A stretch of 63,867 nucleotides of DNA, the filler included, from Octopus bimaculoides (Eukaryota), in NCBI RefSeq assembly GCF_001194135.2. It is 5 parts of 5 records of this genome, joined end to end, with 100 filler letters (N's around TTAATTAATTAA, not from the genome) between each part and the next. Parts side by side here need not be neighbours in the genome. Positions count along the whole stretch, not along the records: positions 62,171 to 63,867 come from NW_026321765.1; 4 more parts are not named here. The stretch is one strand, 5' to 3'. This document shows positions 63,823 through 63,867 of the stretch, piece by piece. The stretch's first letter is position 1. Each line of letters begins with the position of its first letter. Made by a program: the position numbers and the translations under genes. The notes beneath the pieces are model-generated. The model searched no databases, was not told the DNA's origin, and saw nothing but the letters and a program-made list of their open reading frames with translations.

Positions 63823-63867
<45 letters not shown>

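Overview
AT-rich, gap-ridden animal genomic DNA with no recognisable host protein-coding gene. The microsatellite load, TTAGGG repeats and tRNA-derived SINE families suggest an octopus or other cephalopod draft assembly (inference). The window is a mosaic of SINEs (three families), mariner, hAT and piggyBac remnants, MITEs, Helitron fragments, a Ty3/Gypsy remnant, a Penelope-like RT fragment, RLE-type non-LTR remnants and Penelope-type minimal hammerhead motifs. The standout is at 19.5-21.7 kb on the minus strand. A tRNA-derived SINE head is cut off after a 15-bp motif (AAGAAGCT[C/T]GCTTCC), and the same motif recurs at the 3' end of two successive inserted elements. One of these is a ~1.48-kb unit with a single intact ORF1-like gene (RRM-like region plus CCHC knuckle) and no reverse transcriptase. 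This looks like a head-to-tail array of SINE/tRNA-targeting non-LTR retroelements that includes an ORF1-only (HAL1-like) member, followed by a perfect 205-bp palindrome. Four 100-bp N-TTAATTAATTAA-N spacers are scaffolding artefacts, so adjacency across them is unproven. All family assignments come from motifs read by eye; no database search was run.
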